64,000 nucleotides of DNA from positions 65,194 through 129,193 of IMG/VR virus record IMGVR_UViG_3300036795_000250; one strand, 5' to 3'. The stretch comes from a virus. The notes beneath the pieces were generated by a model. It was not told the DNA's origin, did not search any database, and was given only the letters and a program-made list of their open reading frames with translations. Made by a program: the position numbers and the translations under genes. Below are positions 41,057 to 50,574 of this stretch, in pieces (the stretch's first letter is position 1; each line of letters starts with the position of its first letter).

Positions 41057-41455
41057 GTGCATTGCGTGCCGATCGACAACGCTCGCGACGATGCGGCGAT
41101 CGTCGAACTCCGCTGGTGGCTCACCGTCAACTTTGGTCGTTCCACCAAACACATGCTGGCCAAGTCTTACGGACTGTCCGTGGTGTGTGTTCACAGCCTC
41201 ATCGAGGAAGAGCGGCACCGTCGCTACTTGATCGAGCATCCGACGACCCCGACGCTAGTCGCTCCGGAGCCAGACCCTCTCACCGTGGGCGAGGACGCAC
41301 TTCTCGCTTACATCAAGGCGGGCCTCGTCGACCCAGAGACCGACACCGTCAGATCGCTGGCACATCGATTCCGTTTGTCTGAGGTGTATATCAAAGAGCG
41401 GCTGCACGAGTACGACGTGAAACTGAAGCCACGTCCCCGAAAGCGAGCAGCATGA
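41057..41455 (+). CDS. hypothetical protein, probable C-terminal HTH
   Basis: TVRSLAHRFRLSEVYIKERL. Confidence 0.5.
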   Translation: MHCVPIDNARDDAAIVELRWWLTVNFGRSTKHMLAKSYGLSVVCVHSLIEEERHRRYLIEHPTTPTLVAPEPDPLTVGEDALLAYIKAGLVDPETDTVRSLAHRFRLSEVYIKERLHEYDVKLKPRPRKRAA

Positions 41456-41560
41456 TCCGCGAAGTAGTCGTCCCCATTCCCCAGCGCCAGTCCTCGGAGG
41501 ACATCCGGATCGCCCACGAGCTGCTGGCGCCGCGAGAGCCTACCCAGGAGGTGAGTCCCC

Positions 41561-42061
41561 ATGGACCGTCCGCAACTGGCGGACGACAGATGGCTGGTCA
41601 TCCAGCCACTGCTCCCGATCGTGGATACCGATCACCCGCATAGCCAGCAACGATTGCTCGACCGTCACGTCTTTGCGGTCCTCGCCATCGTGCTGCTCAA
41701 CGATCTGTCGTGGAGGGCCGGGATGCGTTATGGGGTCTCCGCGACCACGCTGCGCTATCGCTGGCGGCAGTGGCGCGCGGCTGAGGTGTTCACCCGCATC
41801 CGCAGTGAGATCAGTAACCTCACCAACGCTGGTGACTGGGCCTGGCGTATCGCTGCGGCTTCGGATTCTCGTGCGCAGCGGGCATTACTGCAAGCCGAGA
41901 GCATCGCTGCGGCTGCGGACAAGCTCGCCGAGCACTTCGCGCAGGCTGAGCGCGACGCACGGGCCGCAGAGCACGCGCCGCGTCCAGCACGTCGTGCCGG
42001 CCCGACCCCGGATGACTACCGGCTCGCGCGGGTGGCCCAGAACGAGTTCGCCGAGTCCTGA
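41561..42061 (+). CDS. IS5-family transposase N-terminal (DUF4096)-like domain protein, no DDE domain
   Basis: LADDRWLVIQPLLP..DRHVF..SWR..YGVSATTL..RWRQWRAAEVF. Confidence 0.65.
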   Translation: MDRPQLADDRWLVIQPLLPIVDTDHPHSQQRLLDRHVFAVLAIVLLNDLSWRAGMRYGVSATTLRYRWRQWRAAEVFTRIRSEISNLTNAGDWAWRIAAASDSRAQRALLQAESIAAAADKLAEHFAQAERDARAAEHAPRPARRAGPTPDDYRLARVAQNEFAES

Positions 42062-42076
42062 TCGAGGGAGCGATCT

Positions 42077-42455
42077 GATGCTGATGACGAGCGACCTTGC
42101 CCGGTACTACGTTCCCCCGCGCCTGTGGTTCGTGGCAGCGGCGGTATCTGTTGCTGCCCGTCAGGACGGTCAGGAGATGCTCACCGCTGCCACCCTTCTG
42201 CCCTGGCTGGATGCGGTCCTGGAAGTTCCACAGTCCGAGGTTCTTGGCATTGAGCGCGCCATGCTGCTCGCACGCTTAGACGTGTACACGGCGCAGGGTG
42301 TCTGGGCAGCGATCTTGCGGGACGCGGACGTGACGATGAACGATTTTCATCACGAGCTCGCGCTGCGAGCTCAGCAGCTAGGGCTCGCCCGGCGCACGGG
42401 GCTGACGGGAGGGCAGCGTCGTCATGGGTTCGACAACGCCACCGACGCAGGCTGA
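42077..42455 (+). CDS. hypothetical protein
   Basis: start MLMTSD after GAGGGAG; start approximate. Confidence 0.5.
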
Positions 42456-42813
42456 GGCTGATACGCGCCGCTACGGCGAGCACCTGACGCTGCGGGCAGC
42501 AGGAGCCGCCGGGCTGACCATGCGTACCTTGCTCACTGCACCAGACGACGAATTCAGTCCGATCGCCATCGCTCGCCGTGTTCGGGTGCGTCCTGGCGTC
42601 ATCGGTGCAGCAATCAAGCGTCTGGAAGAGCTCGGTTTTGTGACCATACGACTTGATCATGACGCGCCTCTTGTGAGAGGTTACTGCCCACGTTGGGTGC
42701 GCATCACCGAGTCCGGGCGTACGGCGGCGGAACGGGAAGGACTCACACCCGCACCCTCCGAGAGGCACAACACGCACCGCAGCCGACACCATCATGGTGG
42801 CACAGGGAAATGA
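42424..42813 (+). CDS. MarR-like winged-helix protein
   Basis: IARRV..I..AIKRLEELGFV...VRITESGR. Confidence 0.6.
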   Translation: MGSTTPPTQAEADTRRYGEHLTLRAAGAAGLTMRTLLTAPDDEFSPIAIARRVRVRPGVIGAAIKRLEELGFVTIRLDHDAPLVRGYCPRWVRITESGRTAAEREGLTPAPSERHNTHRSRHHHGGTGK

Positions 42814-43192
42814 GAACAGGTCCACAGTGTCCTTTATAGATGCTCTAACACCACCAGCTCGCCGCGCCTACGCGCGGTCGCTCCGCACGCGGTATGAAAA
42901 CGGCGCGACCTTGGAAGAGTTGCGTGCCGAACTCAAGCTCGCCACGTTGACGGTTCGCGGTTTGCTTGTGGAGGCAGGCGCCACGATCCGGCCACCAGGC
43001 ACGCTAGTGACCGACAAACAAGCCGCCACGTTTGTGAAGCTGTACAAGGCCGGGGAGACGATTCAGCAGGTTTCCGAGCGCGTCGGATATTCGTTTGGGA
43101 CCGTTCGTCGTTATCTGCTGCTAGCTGGTGTCGAGCTACGGCCACGCGGGATCCCAGCCGATAGACAGGCCACAACCAAACGAGCGAAGTGA
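42794..43192 (+). CDS. tandem HTH protein
   Basis: two Y..G.T...TVR.L..AG repeats. Confidence 0.75.
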   Translation: MVAQGNENRSTVSFIDALTPPARRAYARSLRTRYENGATLEELRAELKLATLTVRGLLVEAGATIRPPGTLVTDKQAATFVKLYKAGETIQQVSERVGYSFGTVRRYLLLAGVELRPRGIPADRQATTKRAK

Positions 43193-43405
43193 TTACATGA
43201 CGACGCCAGACGATCACGAGGTATCCGATCCGGAGCCACGGTCCGACGGGGACGATCGGGTAGTGGTAACACCCTACGACGACAGTCATAGCGAGCACGA
43301 CTAAAGCATCAATAGCTGGGCAGTCCGATAACCATTACCCCGCAGGGGATCAACGTCACGGCTCTTCCCAGCTGTTCGCGTTCACGAGAGGTAAGGGAAA
43401 GGCGC

Positions 43406-43927
43406 ATGAAGACCGAGCGCGCACGCCGGTTTCGGAACACCAGGTGTCAACTAGAGACGCGCGGATTCCGAGCCAGCTCATATCTCCAGAACCATGAACG
43501 GCTGTATGCGCTGCGAGGCAATGGCATATCACGCAACCAGATGACCTTGGAAGAACTGGAGTCCTTTGTTGACGAATGGGACAACTCCCAGCGACAACAA
43601 GGACCTCTCAATGACGCAGGGTTTGCCAAGCTGGCGACGCGTTACCGTGCTGGAGAAACCCTGCTGCGCCTGGCGAATGATGCTGGTGTTCCTCGCACCA
43701 GGCTGCGCCGAGCTCTCATCGCGGCCGGCGTCCCGATGCACCCGCTACGGCGTCTCAGTGTCGCCACGGTCGAGGATCTGGAGGGGCGTTACCTCGCTGG
43801 GAAAAGTTTGCGAGATCTTGCGGTAGAAACCGGTATTCCCTACTCCACTATTCGCGAGGCGCTCATAGCGGCGGGCGTCACAATGCGACACGGCGCTACG
43901 GCGACGTCAAGATCGAGCAGCCCGTGA
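43406..43927 (+). CDS. tandem HTH protein
   Basis: RYRAGETL..LA..GV..L..AGV and RYLAGKSLRDLA..TIR..L..AGV. Confidence 0.75.
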   Translation: MKTERARRFRNTRCQLETRGFRASSYLQNHERLYALRGNGISRNQMTLEELESFVDEWDNSQRQQGPLNDAGFAKLATRYRAGETLLRLANDAGVPRTRLRRALIAAGVPMHPLRRLSVATVEDLEGRYLAGKSLRDLAVETGIPYSTIREALIAAGVTMRHGATATSRSSSP

Positions 43928-43960
43928 CACGACGTGACAGCGAACTTGGCCACACAAGGG

Positions 43961-44281
43961 CTAGTGACCGAGGCCGCCTGGGGCGTGCTTCTGGTTGCGC
44001 ACGAGCGAGTACCGGCGGACGAGGTGTGCGGGCACCCAGTGCGTGACCTCGGTCGAGTAGCTGTCGTCTCGCGTGCTCAGGGCATAGCTGACCAAGGCGA
44101 GCCAGCCGCCGTCCCCGCGCTGTATCCAGCCGCCCAGGTAGCCGACCACCTCAAAGCCTAGTTCGAGGCCCTGCGGTGTGTTCCGGTACACGTGGTGCCG
44201 TTCTGGTGCGAGCAGGCGCCCGACGTCGACCCACACCTTGACGGGTGGCTTGACGCGGCGCACGCTCGGCGGCTCGAACAC
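43961..44281 (-). CDS. hypothetical protein
   Basis: PVKVWVD..PQGL..G.L..W...DGGWLALVSY..HWVPA. Confidence 0.6.
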   Translation of the reverse strand: MFEPPSVRRVKPPVKVWVDVGRLLAPERHHVYRNTPQGLELGFEVVGYLGGWIQRGDGGWLALVSYALSTRDDSYSTEVTHWVPAHLVRRYSLVRNQKHAPGGLGH

Positions 44282-44423
44282 GCGTTCGATTAGACCACAG
44301 AGGCAAGATCAACGGCGGAGGGTAACCCTCCTTTGCGCTCCGGGCGTTGCGACTGCAAATATCGATGCGCACAAAAAATCATGCCCCCGAGCTCAGGATC
44401 GAGATCGGGGGCAGCGAGCAGGA

Positions 44424-44780
44424 TCATGATCCTGAGCTCGGGCAGACGAAGTCCTTCGCCAGTTGCACGTCGGTCGCAGCGTCCTGCACGCCCGCACTGA
44501 TCAACGACTTCTCCACGTCGAGCTGGAGCATGCCACCGGCCAGCATTCCGCAGATGTCCTTGGCTAGCGTGGTGGATTCCGCCAGCCTGGTAGCGTCGTC
44601 ACCGACAGAACTCGCCAAACCATCATTGACAGCCTCACGTTCGCTGAAGCCGATGTAATCCGGGCTGCCCGGAGTTGTTGTGCTTGCGGGTGGGGATGGT
44701 GCGGCAGAACCACCGCACGCGCTCAGCGCGCCGATTGTCACCAGGGCGAGAATACAGGCCAGTGCTCTGAAGAGTTTCAT
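44424..44780 (-). CDS. lipoprotein (DUF732-like)
   Basis: lipobox LSAC; DICGML..FVCP. Confidence 0.75.
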   Translation of the reverse strand: MKLFRALACILALVTIGALSACGGSAAPSPPASTTTPGSPDYIGFSEREAVNDGLASSVGDDATRLAESTTLAKDICGMLAGGMLQLDVEKSLISAGVQDAATDVQLAKDFVCPSSGS

Positions 44781-44814
44781 GATGAGACATCCTTGTTAGT
44801 CCAGGAGGATCGTA

Positions 44815-45012
44815 ATGTTGGTACTCATCTATTTAGGCTTCGCGTGGGTGACCGGATCCGGACTCGCGATGCCGCATAACGTTGCGGGATTGCTAAGCGG
44901 CTTCGCGTTTGGGGCAGTCCTCGCTATCCTCGCAACGATTGTCTACATCAGACACGAGGACCAGGATGCATCACGGCGATCTCATAATATCCATCCCTCA
45001 CAATCGCCGTGA
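44815..45012 (+). CDS. small membrane protein
   Basis: AGGAGG RBS; two hydrophobic helices. Confidence 0.6.
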   Translation: MLVLIYLGFAWVTGSGLAMPHNVAGLLSGFAFGAVLAILATIVYIRHEDQDASRRSHNIHPSQSP

Positions 45013-45029
45013 TGCGTCCGCTCTTTCTG

Positions 45030-45632
45030 CTAGCTCAGGCCCAAGCCAGCGATATCTTGATTCAGCCTGCTGACCGCAGCACCGAACTGCTGGACCGCAG
45101 TGTTCGCGAATGGAGCCGCGCCAGCATTGTTCCCGGCGTGTACGTCCGCGAGATACTGCATTTCAGCCTGGCCACCCGCGATCAGGTCGGTCTTCAGTTG
45201 TGGGTCAGGTACGTACTGCGCGCACGTCAGAAAATCCGTGACGCTTTGTTCGTAGCCGCCAGCGTCGACCGCCACGAATTGCTGGCCGCTGGCGACCTGC
45301 GTCTGGATGATGTGCAACGCAGTCCGCGCCGCTTCGAGCGACGAGAGTCCGTCCGGCGGGTTGTAGGCCAGATTGCACGAGACGCTGTACCACGTCGACA
45401 CAGAGCCGCCACCAGCCCCACCGCTGGTGGTCGTCGCGGTGGGAGCGATGGTTGTGCGGACCAAGCTACGCGGTGCCAGCGTCGTCGGAGCGGTGGTGGG
45501 AGCAGCAGCGGAAACTCCGCTAGCCCCGCTGCTGCATGCGGTGAGGCCAGCCATGATGGACAGAGCCAGAACGGCTCCGCCCCCAAGTCTGACGGGGATT
45601 GAGCGCTTCATAGGAACACTCTTCTTTCTCAT
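45030..45632 (-). CDS. lipoprotein
   Basis: lipobox LTAC followed by a Thr/Ala/Pro linker. Confidence 0.75.
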   Translation of the reverse strand: MRKKSVPMKRSIPVRLGGGAVLALSIMAGLTACSSGASGVSAAAPTTAPTTLAPRSLVRTTIAPTATTTSGGAGGGSVSTWYSVSCNLAYNPPDGLSSLEAARTALHIIQTQVASGQQFVAVDAGGYEQSVTDFLTCAQYVPDPQLKTDLIAGGQAEMQYLADVHAGNNAGAAPFANTAVQQFGAAVSRLNQDIAGLGLS

Positions 45633-45642
45633 TCGCTGATCA

Positions 45643-45915
45643 TCAGATGTGATCAGCCGCTCGGGGTACTGCGGCGGGGAGGTCAGCCAACAAGCCCCGC
45701 TCCGTTACCAACCGCCCCCACGATTGCAAGCTGATGGGGCGGTACGGGCGCCCGTCACAGGTGACGTTGACGCCGCTGTCGATGAGATACGGGACCATAC
45801 GGCCGATCTGATCGACGACATCGCTGGCTCGGTCCCAGGTGCGCAGCGCGTTCAGCGCCGCGCGCACGAGAGTGTCAACGTTGATCGATTGTTCTGGTAC
45901 AGCGTCGGTGTTCAT
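45643..45915 (-). CDS. hypothetical protein
   Basis: ATGA-coupled to the FtsK-like gene. Confidence 0.55.
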   Translation of the reverse strand: MNTDAVPEQSINVDTLVRAALNALRTWDRASDVVDQIGRMVPYLIDSGVNVTCDGRPYRPISLQSWGRLVTERGLLADLPAAVPRAADHI

Positions 45916-47300
45916 GCGGCACTCCTGTTTGGTGTTGTGGCGGGCCCGTCGATCAGTTGGCCGTTGTGCTCCACGAACAGCTCGATCCCCGTCCCCCTAG
46001 CCTCCAAGGCGTAGGGCTCCGGATCGAGGACTCGGACCGTCGTGGTCCAGGGCAGCGGGACGTCTTTCACCTCCCTGCTCTCGCCCCGATCAAGGTAGGA
46101 GATCACCTCCGCATTGCCGACGCCGGACACCGTGTAGGTGATGTGGGAGTACACCGGCACGGACGAGTTAGCGGCCACCACGAGCTCCGGCACTGGCTCC
46201 GTCGGCCACACGGGCTCAGGTGCTGCGCGGAGGTCGGCCACGGGCATGACGGTACTGATCAGTTCCCGTGCGTCCGCCTTGCTGACGTAGGCGCCCTGGA
46301 ACCGCGTCGGTGAGGCAGCACCGTTAGCCAGGTACAGACCATCGCCGGACCCGAACAGATGTTCCGCTCCGCCCTGATCGAGCGCCACCCGGGAATCCGA
46401 CTGAGACCGCACCCGGAACGCAACCGAGCTCGGCAGACTCGACTTCAGCGCGGTCGGGATCAGGTCCGCAGTCGGTTTCTGCGTGGCCAGCACCAAGATG
46501 ATGCCCGCCGCACGGCCCTTCGTCGCCAACTTGACCAGTAGCGGAGCGATCTCCTTTTTGTGGCTGGCCAGCAGATCGGCCAGTTCGTCCACCACGATCA
46601 CCGTATAAGGCAGCTGGTTCAGCCCGAGAGCGTTGTACTCGGCGATGTCGTCAACGCCGTGTTCCGCAAAGGATCTGCTGTATTCAGCCATTGTCGCTCT
46701 TACCGCTCGTAGCTCATCGACCGCATCAATGGACTCCGTGATGATCGGAGACATCAGATGCGGCACGTGCGCGAACGGAGTGAATGCCGTCATCTTGGGA
46801 TCAATGAGCAGCAGTCGCAACGCTGTCGCGTCATTGCGGGCGAGCAGGTCAAGCAACAGGCCGGTCAGGAAGATGCTCTTGCCGCTACCGGTGATCCCGG
46901 CAACGAGCAGGTGGACGTCCTCGGCCAGGTTCGCGGTCAGCGTCTCACCGGCAATGCTCCGACCGAGCGTGTAGGTGAGAGCAGGCGCGTCCGTTGACAT
47001 CGGGACGTCGTCACGGGCGAGGTAGGCCCGCACGACGCGTGGCACATCGACGGTCAACAAGGCTTCGCCGTTGGTTGGCATCCGCATATCGATGTTGTCG
47101 TGCCCCAACAGAAAGGCGATATCTTTGCGCATTGCCAGCACATCGCTGACCTTGGTTCCCATGCTTACCGAGATGCCGTAGCGGGTCAGTTGGGGAGCCA
47201 CCGTGCATGAGGCAACGCGGGCGTCGACATTCCGCGTTTCGAACAACCTCATGATTTTGCGTGCATTGTCGTCAGTGTCGATAGTCGATGATGTCGTCAT
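45912..47300 (-). CDS. FtsK/SpoIIIE-type ATPase with C-terminal MmpS-like domain
   Basis: HLLVAGITGSGKS, LLIDPK, VIVVDELADL, GRAAGIILVLATQKP, GAEHLFGSGD; C-terminal ITYTVSG..ISY..VPLPW. Confidence 0.88.
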   Translation of the reverse strand: MTTSSTIDTDDNARKIMRLFETRNVDARVASCTVAPQLTRYGISVSMGTKVSDVLAMRKDIAFLLGHDNIDMRMPTNGEALLTVDVPRVVRAYLARDDVPMSTDAPALTYTLGRSIAGETLTANLAEDVHLLVAGITGSGKSIFLTGLLLDLLARNDATALRLLLIDPKMTAFTPFAHVPHLMSPIITESIDAVDELRAVRATMAEYSRSFAEHGVDDIAEYNALGLNQLPYTVIVVDELADLLASHKKEIAPLLVKLATKGRAAGIILVLATQKPTADLIPTALKSSLPSSVAFRVRSQSDSRVALDQGGAEHLFGSGDGLYLANGAASPTRFQGAYVSKADARELISTVMPVADLRAAPEPVWPTEPVPELVVAANSSVPVYSHITYTVSGVGNAEVISYLDRGESREVKDVPLPWTTTVRVLDPEPYALEARGTGIELFVEHNGQLIDGPATTPNRSAA

Positions 47301-47448
47301 GGCGCATGCCTCCTTTCGACAGCTTGTCCTTTAATCCTACGCTGACTTAACGATCCTGAATTCACCACGCTGACCAAACATGCGAAGCGGCTAATCTCGA
47401 TGATGGTCGGCGCTATCTTCTGCAAGCGACACGAAAGCGCTGGTCAGA

Positions 47449-47472
47449 GGATGGTCACCCTCCTTATTTCGC
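47449..47472. repeat. 24-bp direct repeat, copy 1 (GGATGGTCACCCTCCTTATTTCGC)
   Basis: identical to 49960-49983. Confidence 0.8.
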
Positions 47473-47793
47473 TTGGGTGCCTTCGCTCGTTGGTCCGACA
47501 ACCAACCGGATCGCAGCGTCGGGGTTGTCCATGTGCCGACGAAAAGCGCTCATCGAACTGAGGTACCGGAAAATTTGGTCAGCGCGGTGACGGTCCTCGA
47601 CACGGACGGAGACCAGCCTGGTCGAATCGTCCACCGTGATGCTGTCGTTGACCAAGTCCGCGTAGTTCTGCTTCCAGTCCTCGCGATGGGTGAACCAGAT
47701 GGGCAGGTAGCCGCGCCACCAGTTGACGGAGCGCGGGAAGTTCGGTGCGGTGATCGCAGACTGGTCAATCGTGACGGTGTATGTGGAAGGCAT
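47464..47793 (-). CDS. array gene, hypothetical
   Basis: ATG just downstream of a repeat and GAGAGG RBS. Confidence 0.65.
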   Translation of the reverse strand: MPSTYTVTIDQSAITAPNFPRSVNWWRGYLPIWFTHREDWKQNYADLVNDSITVDDSTRLVSVRVEDRHRADQIFRYLSSMSAFRRHMDNPDAAIRLVVGPTSEGTQAK

Positions 47794-47880
47794 TGCCCTA
47801 ACCTCTCTCGCTTTACTGGCCTGGCAGCCAGAGCAACGCGCGGGCTAAGCCGCGCGCCACTCAAGCTGTCAGGGGACGAA

Positions 47881-48447
47881 TCAGCTGCCCAAGAGTTTCT
47901 CGATCTCGGACAACCTGGCCCGCAATTGCTGTTGCTCGGCAACCAGTGCGTCCCGGTCAACGGCCGTGTCGACAATCGTCAGGTCGCCATGGTCTCGGGC
48001 GCGGGCGATGTCGGCGTGGTCCGCAGGCACGTCCCGGACCTCCAGGACAGTGCCCTCTTGGGCTTCCAGACGCGGGTTTTTGACACTGCCGCCGCTATCG
48101 GCGAACCCGCCGGACACGATGATGACGCCATCGCCAAGGCGCACGGGTTCATCACGGCCGCGCCGACGGGCGATCATGCGACCGAACAGGTACAGCTCGC
48201 CGCTGTACGGGGCGTACCCCTCGGGGTCGGAGAGCCGGACTGTGACGGTCCGACTTGCGGTGCCGTCGGTGCCGTAGACCTCGCGGGCCAGCTCGCGGAC
48301 GCGTTCCTCGTCGCGGAGATCGAAAACCCACGTCTTGGCGTTGGCGTCCCAGCGCCCACCGATGGCCCGTGCCTTGCTGGGCATGGTCGGTTCGTACGGC
48401 GCGTGGAGGGTGACGGTCGTTTCGTCGGTAGTGACGTTGATGCCCAT
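47881..48447 (-). CDS. array gene, conserved phage protein with HARP-like N-terminus
   Basis: HAPYEP....ARAIGGRWDANAKTWVF. Confidence 0.75.
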   Translation of the reverse strand: MGINVTTDETTVTLHAPYEPTMPSKARAIGGRWDANAKTWVFDLRDEERVRELAREVYGTDGTASRTVTVRLSDPEGYAPYSGELYLFGRMIARRRGRDEPVRLGDGVIIVSGGFADSGGSVKNPRLEAQEGTVLEVRDVPADHADIARARDHGDLTIVDTAVDRDALVAEQQQLRARLSEIEKLLGS

Positions 48448-48522
48448 CGCGTATTCCTTCCTGTGCTATTGGATTGGCAGCCAACGCAGCAACCGGCGCA
48501 TGTCCGGTCACCACGCAAGTGG

Positions 48523-49233
48523 TCAGTCCTCGGTGCCTTCGGACTTCTGCGCGTGCCACTCGTCGAGCAGCTTCTGCGCGTCGGCCTCGCTCATCGGTGC
48601 ATCCGGGATCGGCACCACGACGACGTTGTTGGGCAGCACCGCATCCTCGATGTAGTGCTGCCCGCCGGTACCGTCCAGGCGGAATGCGAGCCGTCCGCTC
48701 CCGCTCTGCTCAACCCAGCCGTTCACCTCTGCGGCGATACGCTCGGCAGGGCTCTGCTGAGACTCGGGGTTGTTCGGATCCGCCCACCGTTGCGCAGCCT
48801 TGACCGCGTCCCGTGCGGCCTGCCCCGCCTCGATGCGTGTCAGGTAGTCGGCCGCAACGTCCAGAGCCTCCACGATCACGCTGGACAGCGGCGAGGCCAT
48901 GAACACCACGTTGGGCTCGGGGAACTGCGCGGGAGAGATCTCCCAGGCATCCGCGTTGGTGTCCGCGCTCACCTGGCCGTGCTCGATACCCCAGAGACTC
49001 CCCTCACCGATCGTGACCCCGTAGAGAGAGACCTCAACTTCCATACCCACTCCCATGAAGTCATCGCGGCGCCACCGGGCGAGGTAGTCCTCTCGGTCCG
49101 CCGGAGTATCAAACTCTTGATCCTTCGGGTCGTAGTCCTCATCTCGGTACATGCTGGCCTCGATGACGACCATGGGCGTGACGTCGTCATCGGGAGACTG
49201 CCACAACGTTTTCTGTTCGATCGGTTTGGTCAT
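48523..49233 (-). CDS. array gene, acidic hypothetical
   Basis: start MTKPIEQ; stop inside the repeat. Confidence 0.7.
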   Translation of the reverse strand: MTKPIEQKTLWQSPDDDVTPMVVIEASMYRDEDYDPKDQEFDTPADREDYLARWRRDDFMGVGMEVEVSLYGVTIGEGSLWGIEHGQVSADTNADAWEISPAQFPEPNVVFMASPLSSVIVEALDVAADYLTRIEAGQAARDAVKAAQRWADPNNPESQQSPAERIAAEVNGWVEQSGSGRLAFRLDGTGGQHYIEDAVLPNNVVVVPIPDAPMSEADAQKLLDEWHAQKSEGTED

Positions 49234-49309
49234 GATTCCTTCTTTCCCTTGTTGTTGACCTGATTGCCAGCACAGCGCGCGGGCCGAAACCCGTGCACCA
49301 TGCAAGCGG

Positions 49310-49591
49310 TCAGCTCTGCCGAGCCAGGAACGCGGCGATCACGGCGTCGTAGTCGCGCGCCATACCCTCTTTCGTAGGCCAGTTGCCCAACGACGCACCA
49401 GTTTCGATGTCGCCGATGTAGAAGCCTCCCAGGTCCGACGGGGACGGCCCTGCGTAGAACCGGCTCACGTTGTTCCCGTCGGCGTTGTACAGCAACCATT
49501 CACCCGTGCCCACATCGCGCCACGCCCACCCGGCGGGGAGGTTCGCGTCATCCCACGTGGTGCCGTCGGTGACGTCGAATACTGCGCTCAT
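49310..49591 (-). CDS. array gene, hypothetical
   Basis: start MSAVFDV; stop inside the repeat. Confidence 0.65.
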   Translation of the reverse strand: MSAVFDVTDGTTWDDANLPAGWAWRDVGTGEWLLYNADGNNVSRFYAGPSPSDLGGFYIGDIETGASLGNWPTKEGMARDYDAVIAAFLARQS

Positions 49592-49664
49592 ATCTCCTTC
49601 TCTCTTTTCGCTGGCCTGGCAACACCAGCACGGAGCGCGGGCAAGCCGTGCGCCATGCAAGCGG

Positions 49665-49919
49665 TCAGGTGTGCGCAACTTCGCTGTAGGGCTTCCAGCC
49701 ACGGACGGATTCACCGGCATACCAGCGTGTCTCTTTGGCGTAGAGCTGGGCAGCAAAGCCAGACGTTCGGGCGGCTTCGGCGTCGCGCTTGCGGTCGAAG
49801 TTGCCTTCGAGCTCATAACCGTCGGCCGCACAGATCGACCAGCAGCCACCAGTTTTGACCACTAGCCATGTTGAGGGTGGGTTCGCGGCGTGTTCTTCGG
49901 GATTGCTGAATAGCGACAT
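49665..49919 (-). CDS. array gene, hypothetical
   Basis: stop inside the repeat. Confidence 0.65.
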   Translation of the reverse strand: MSLFSNPEEHAANPPSTWLVVKTGGCWSICAADGYELEGNFDRKRDAEAARTSGFAAQLYAKETRWYAGESVRGWKPYSEVAHT

Positions 49920-49959
49920 TCTTCGACACCTTTCTCGGTATGACTTTCTTTGGTAGAAG

Positions 49960-49983
49960 GGATGGTCACCCTCCTTATTTCGC
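49960..49983. repeat. 24-bp direct repeat, copy 2
   Basis: identical to 47449-47472. Confidence 0.8.
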
Positions 49984-49994
49984 CCGGCACGGTG

Positions 49995-50336
49995 TCAGGC
50001 GACCTCTGCCAGATCCCGCAACACGACGTCCCGCACCTCTTGCGGGAGATCCGTCCAGCGGCAGGCGCGGTGTGCGTTGCGGAACCGGTAGGCGGCCACC
50101 TCGTACGCGGGCATATCGCCGTACATGCCGAATCCCTGCGCGTGTGTCGGGTGCTTCGACATGCCCCGGTAGCCGAGTCGCATATCCGCGTAGGTCGTGC
50201 CACACACGGGCGTCGCGTAGAAGATCGTGTACCGGTCCGCCGTCTTCGGGCCGTCGTCGTAGATTGCCAGCACTTCGCGCGGGCAATCACCATCGCGCCA
50301 ACCTGTCGACTGCCGACGGGGCGAATATTTGTTCAT
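49995..50336 (-). CDS. array gene, hypothetical
   Basis: LAIYDDGPKTADRYTI..PTHAQGFG. Confidence 0.7.
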   Translation of the reverse strand: MNKYSPRRQSTGWRDGDCPREVLAIYDDGPKTADRYTIFYATPVCGTTYADMRLGYRGMSKHPTHAQGFGMYGDMPAYEVAAYRFRNAHRACRWTDLPQEVRDVVLRDLAEVA

Positions 50337-50404
50337 GATCTACAACCCTTCTGCTGTCTGGCAACCAGCACAGGGCACGGTCGAGCCGTGCGCCATGCAA
50401 GCTG

Positions 50405-50572
50405 TCAGCCCTCAATCTCTCCGACGACTTCGCGGATCTTCTGTGCGACCGCTAGGGGCAGGCTCAACCAGCGCGAGTCACCCTGTGGGCCCGCGAACTT
50501 GACGCGAACCATGTCCGTGTCGCCGACACCCTTCAGAGCCAAGTCAATCTGGCGTTGCTCGTAATTGCTCAT
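50405..50572 (-). CDS. array gene, 55 aa hypothetical (not in ORF track)
   Basis: MSNYEQRQIDLAL after AGGAGG; stop inside the repeat. Confidence 0.6.
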   Translation of the reverse strand: MSNYEQRQIDLALKGVGDTDMVRVKFAGPQGDSRWLSLPLAVAQKIREVVGEIEG

Positions 50573-50574
50573 AG

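Noticed and set aside
47473-49263. 596-aa plus-strand ORF
   Set aside because: Antisense shadow of three RBS-bearing minus-strand genes, crosses the repeats, no recognisable motif
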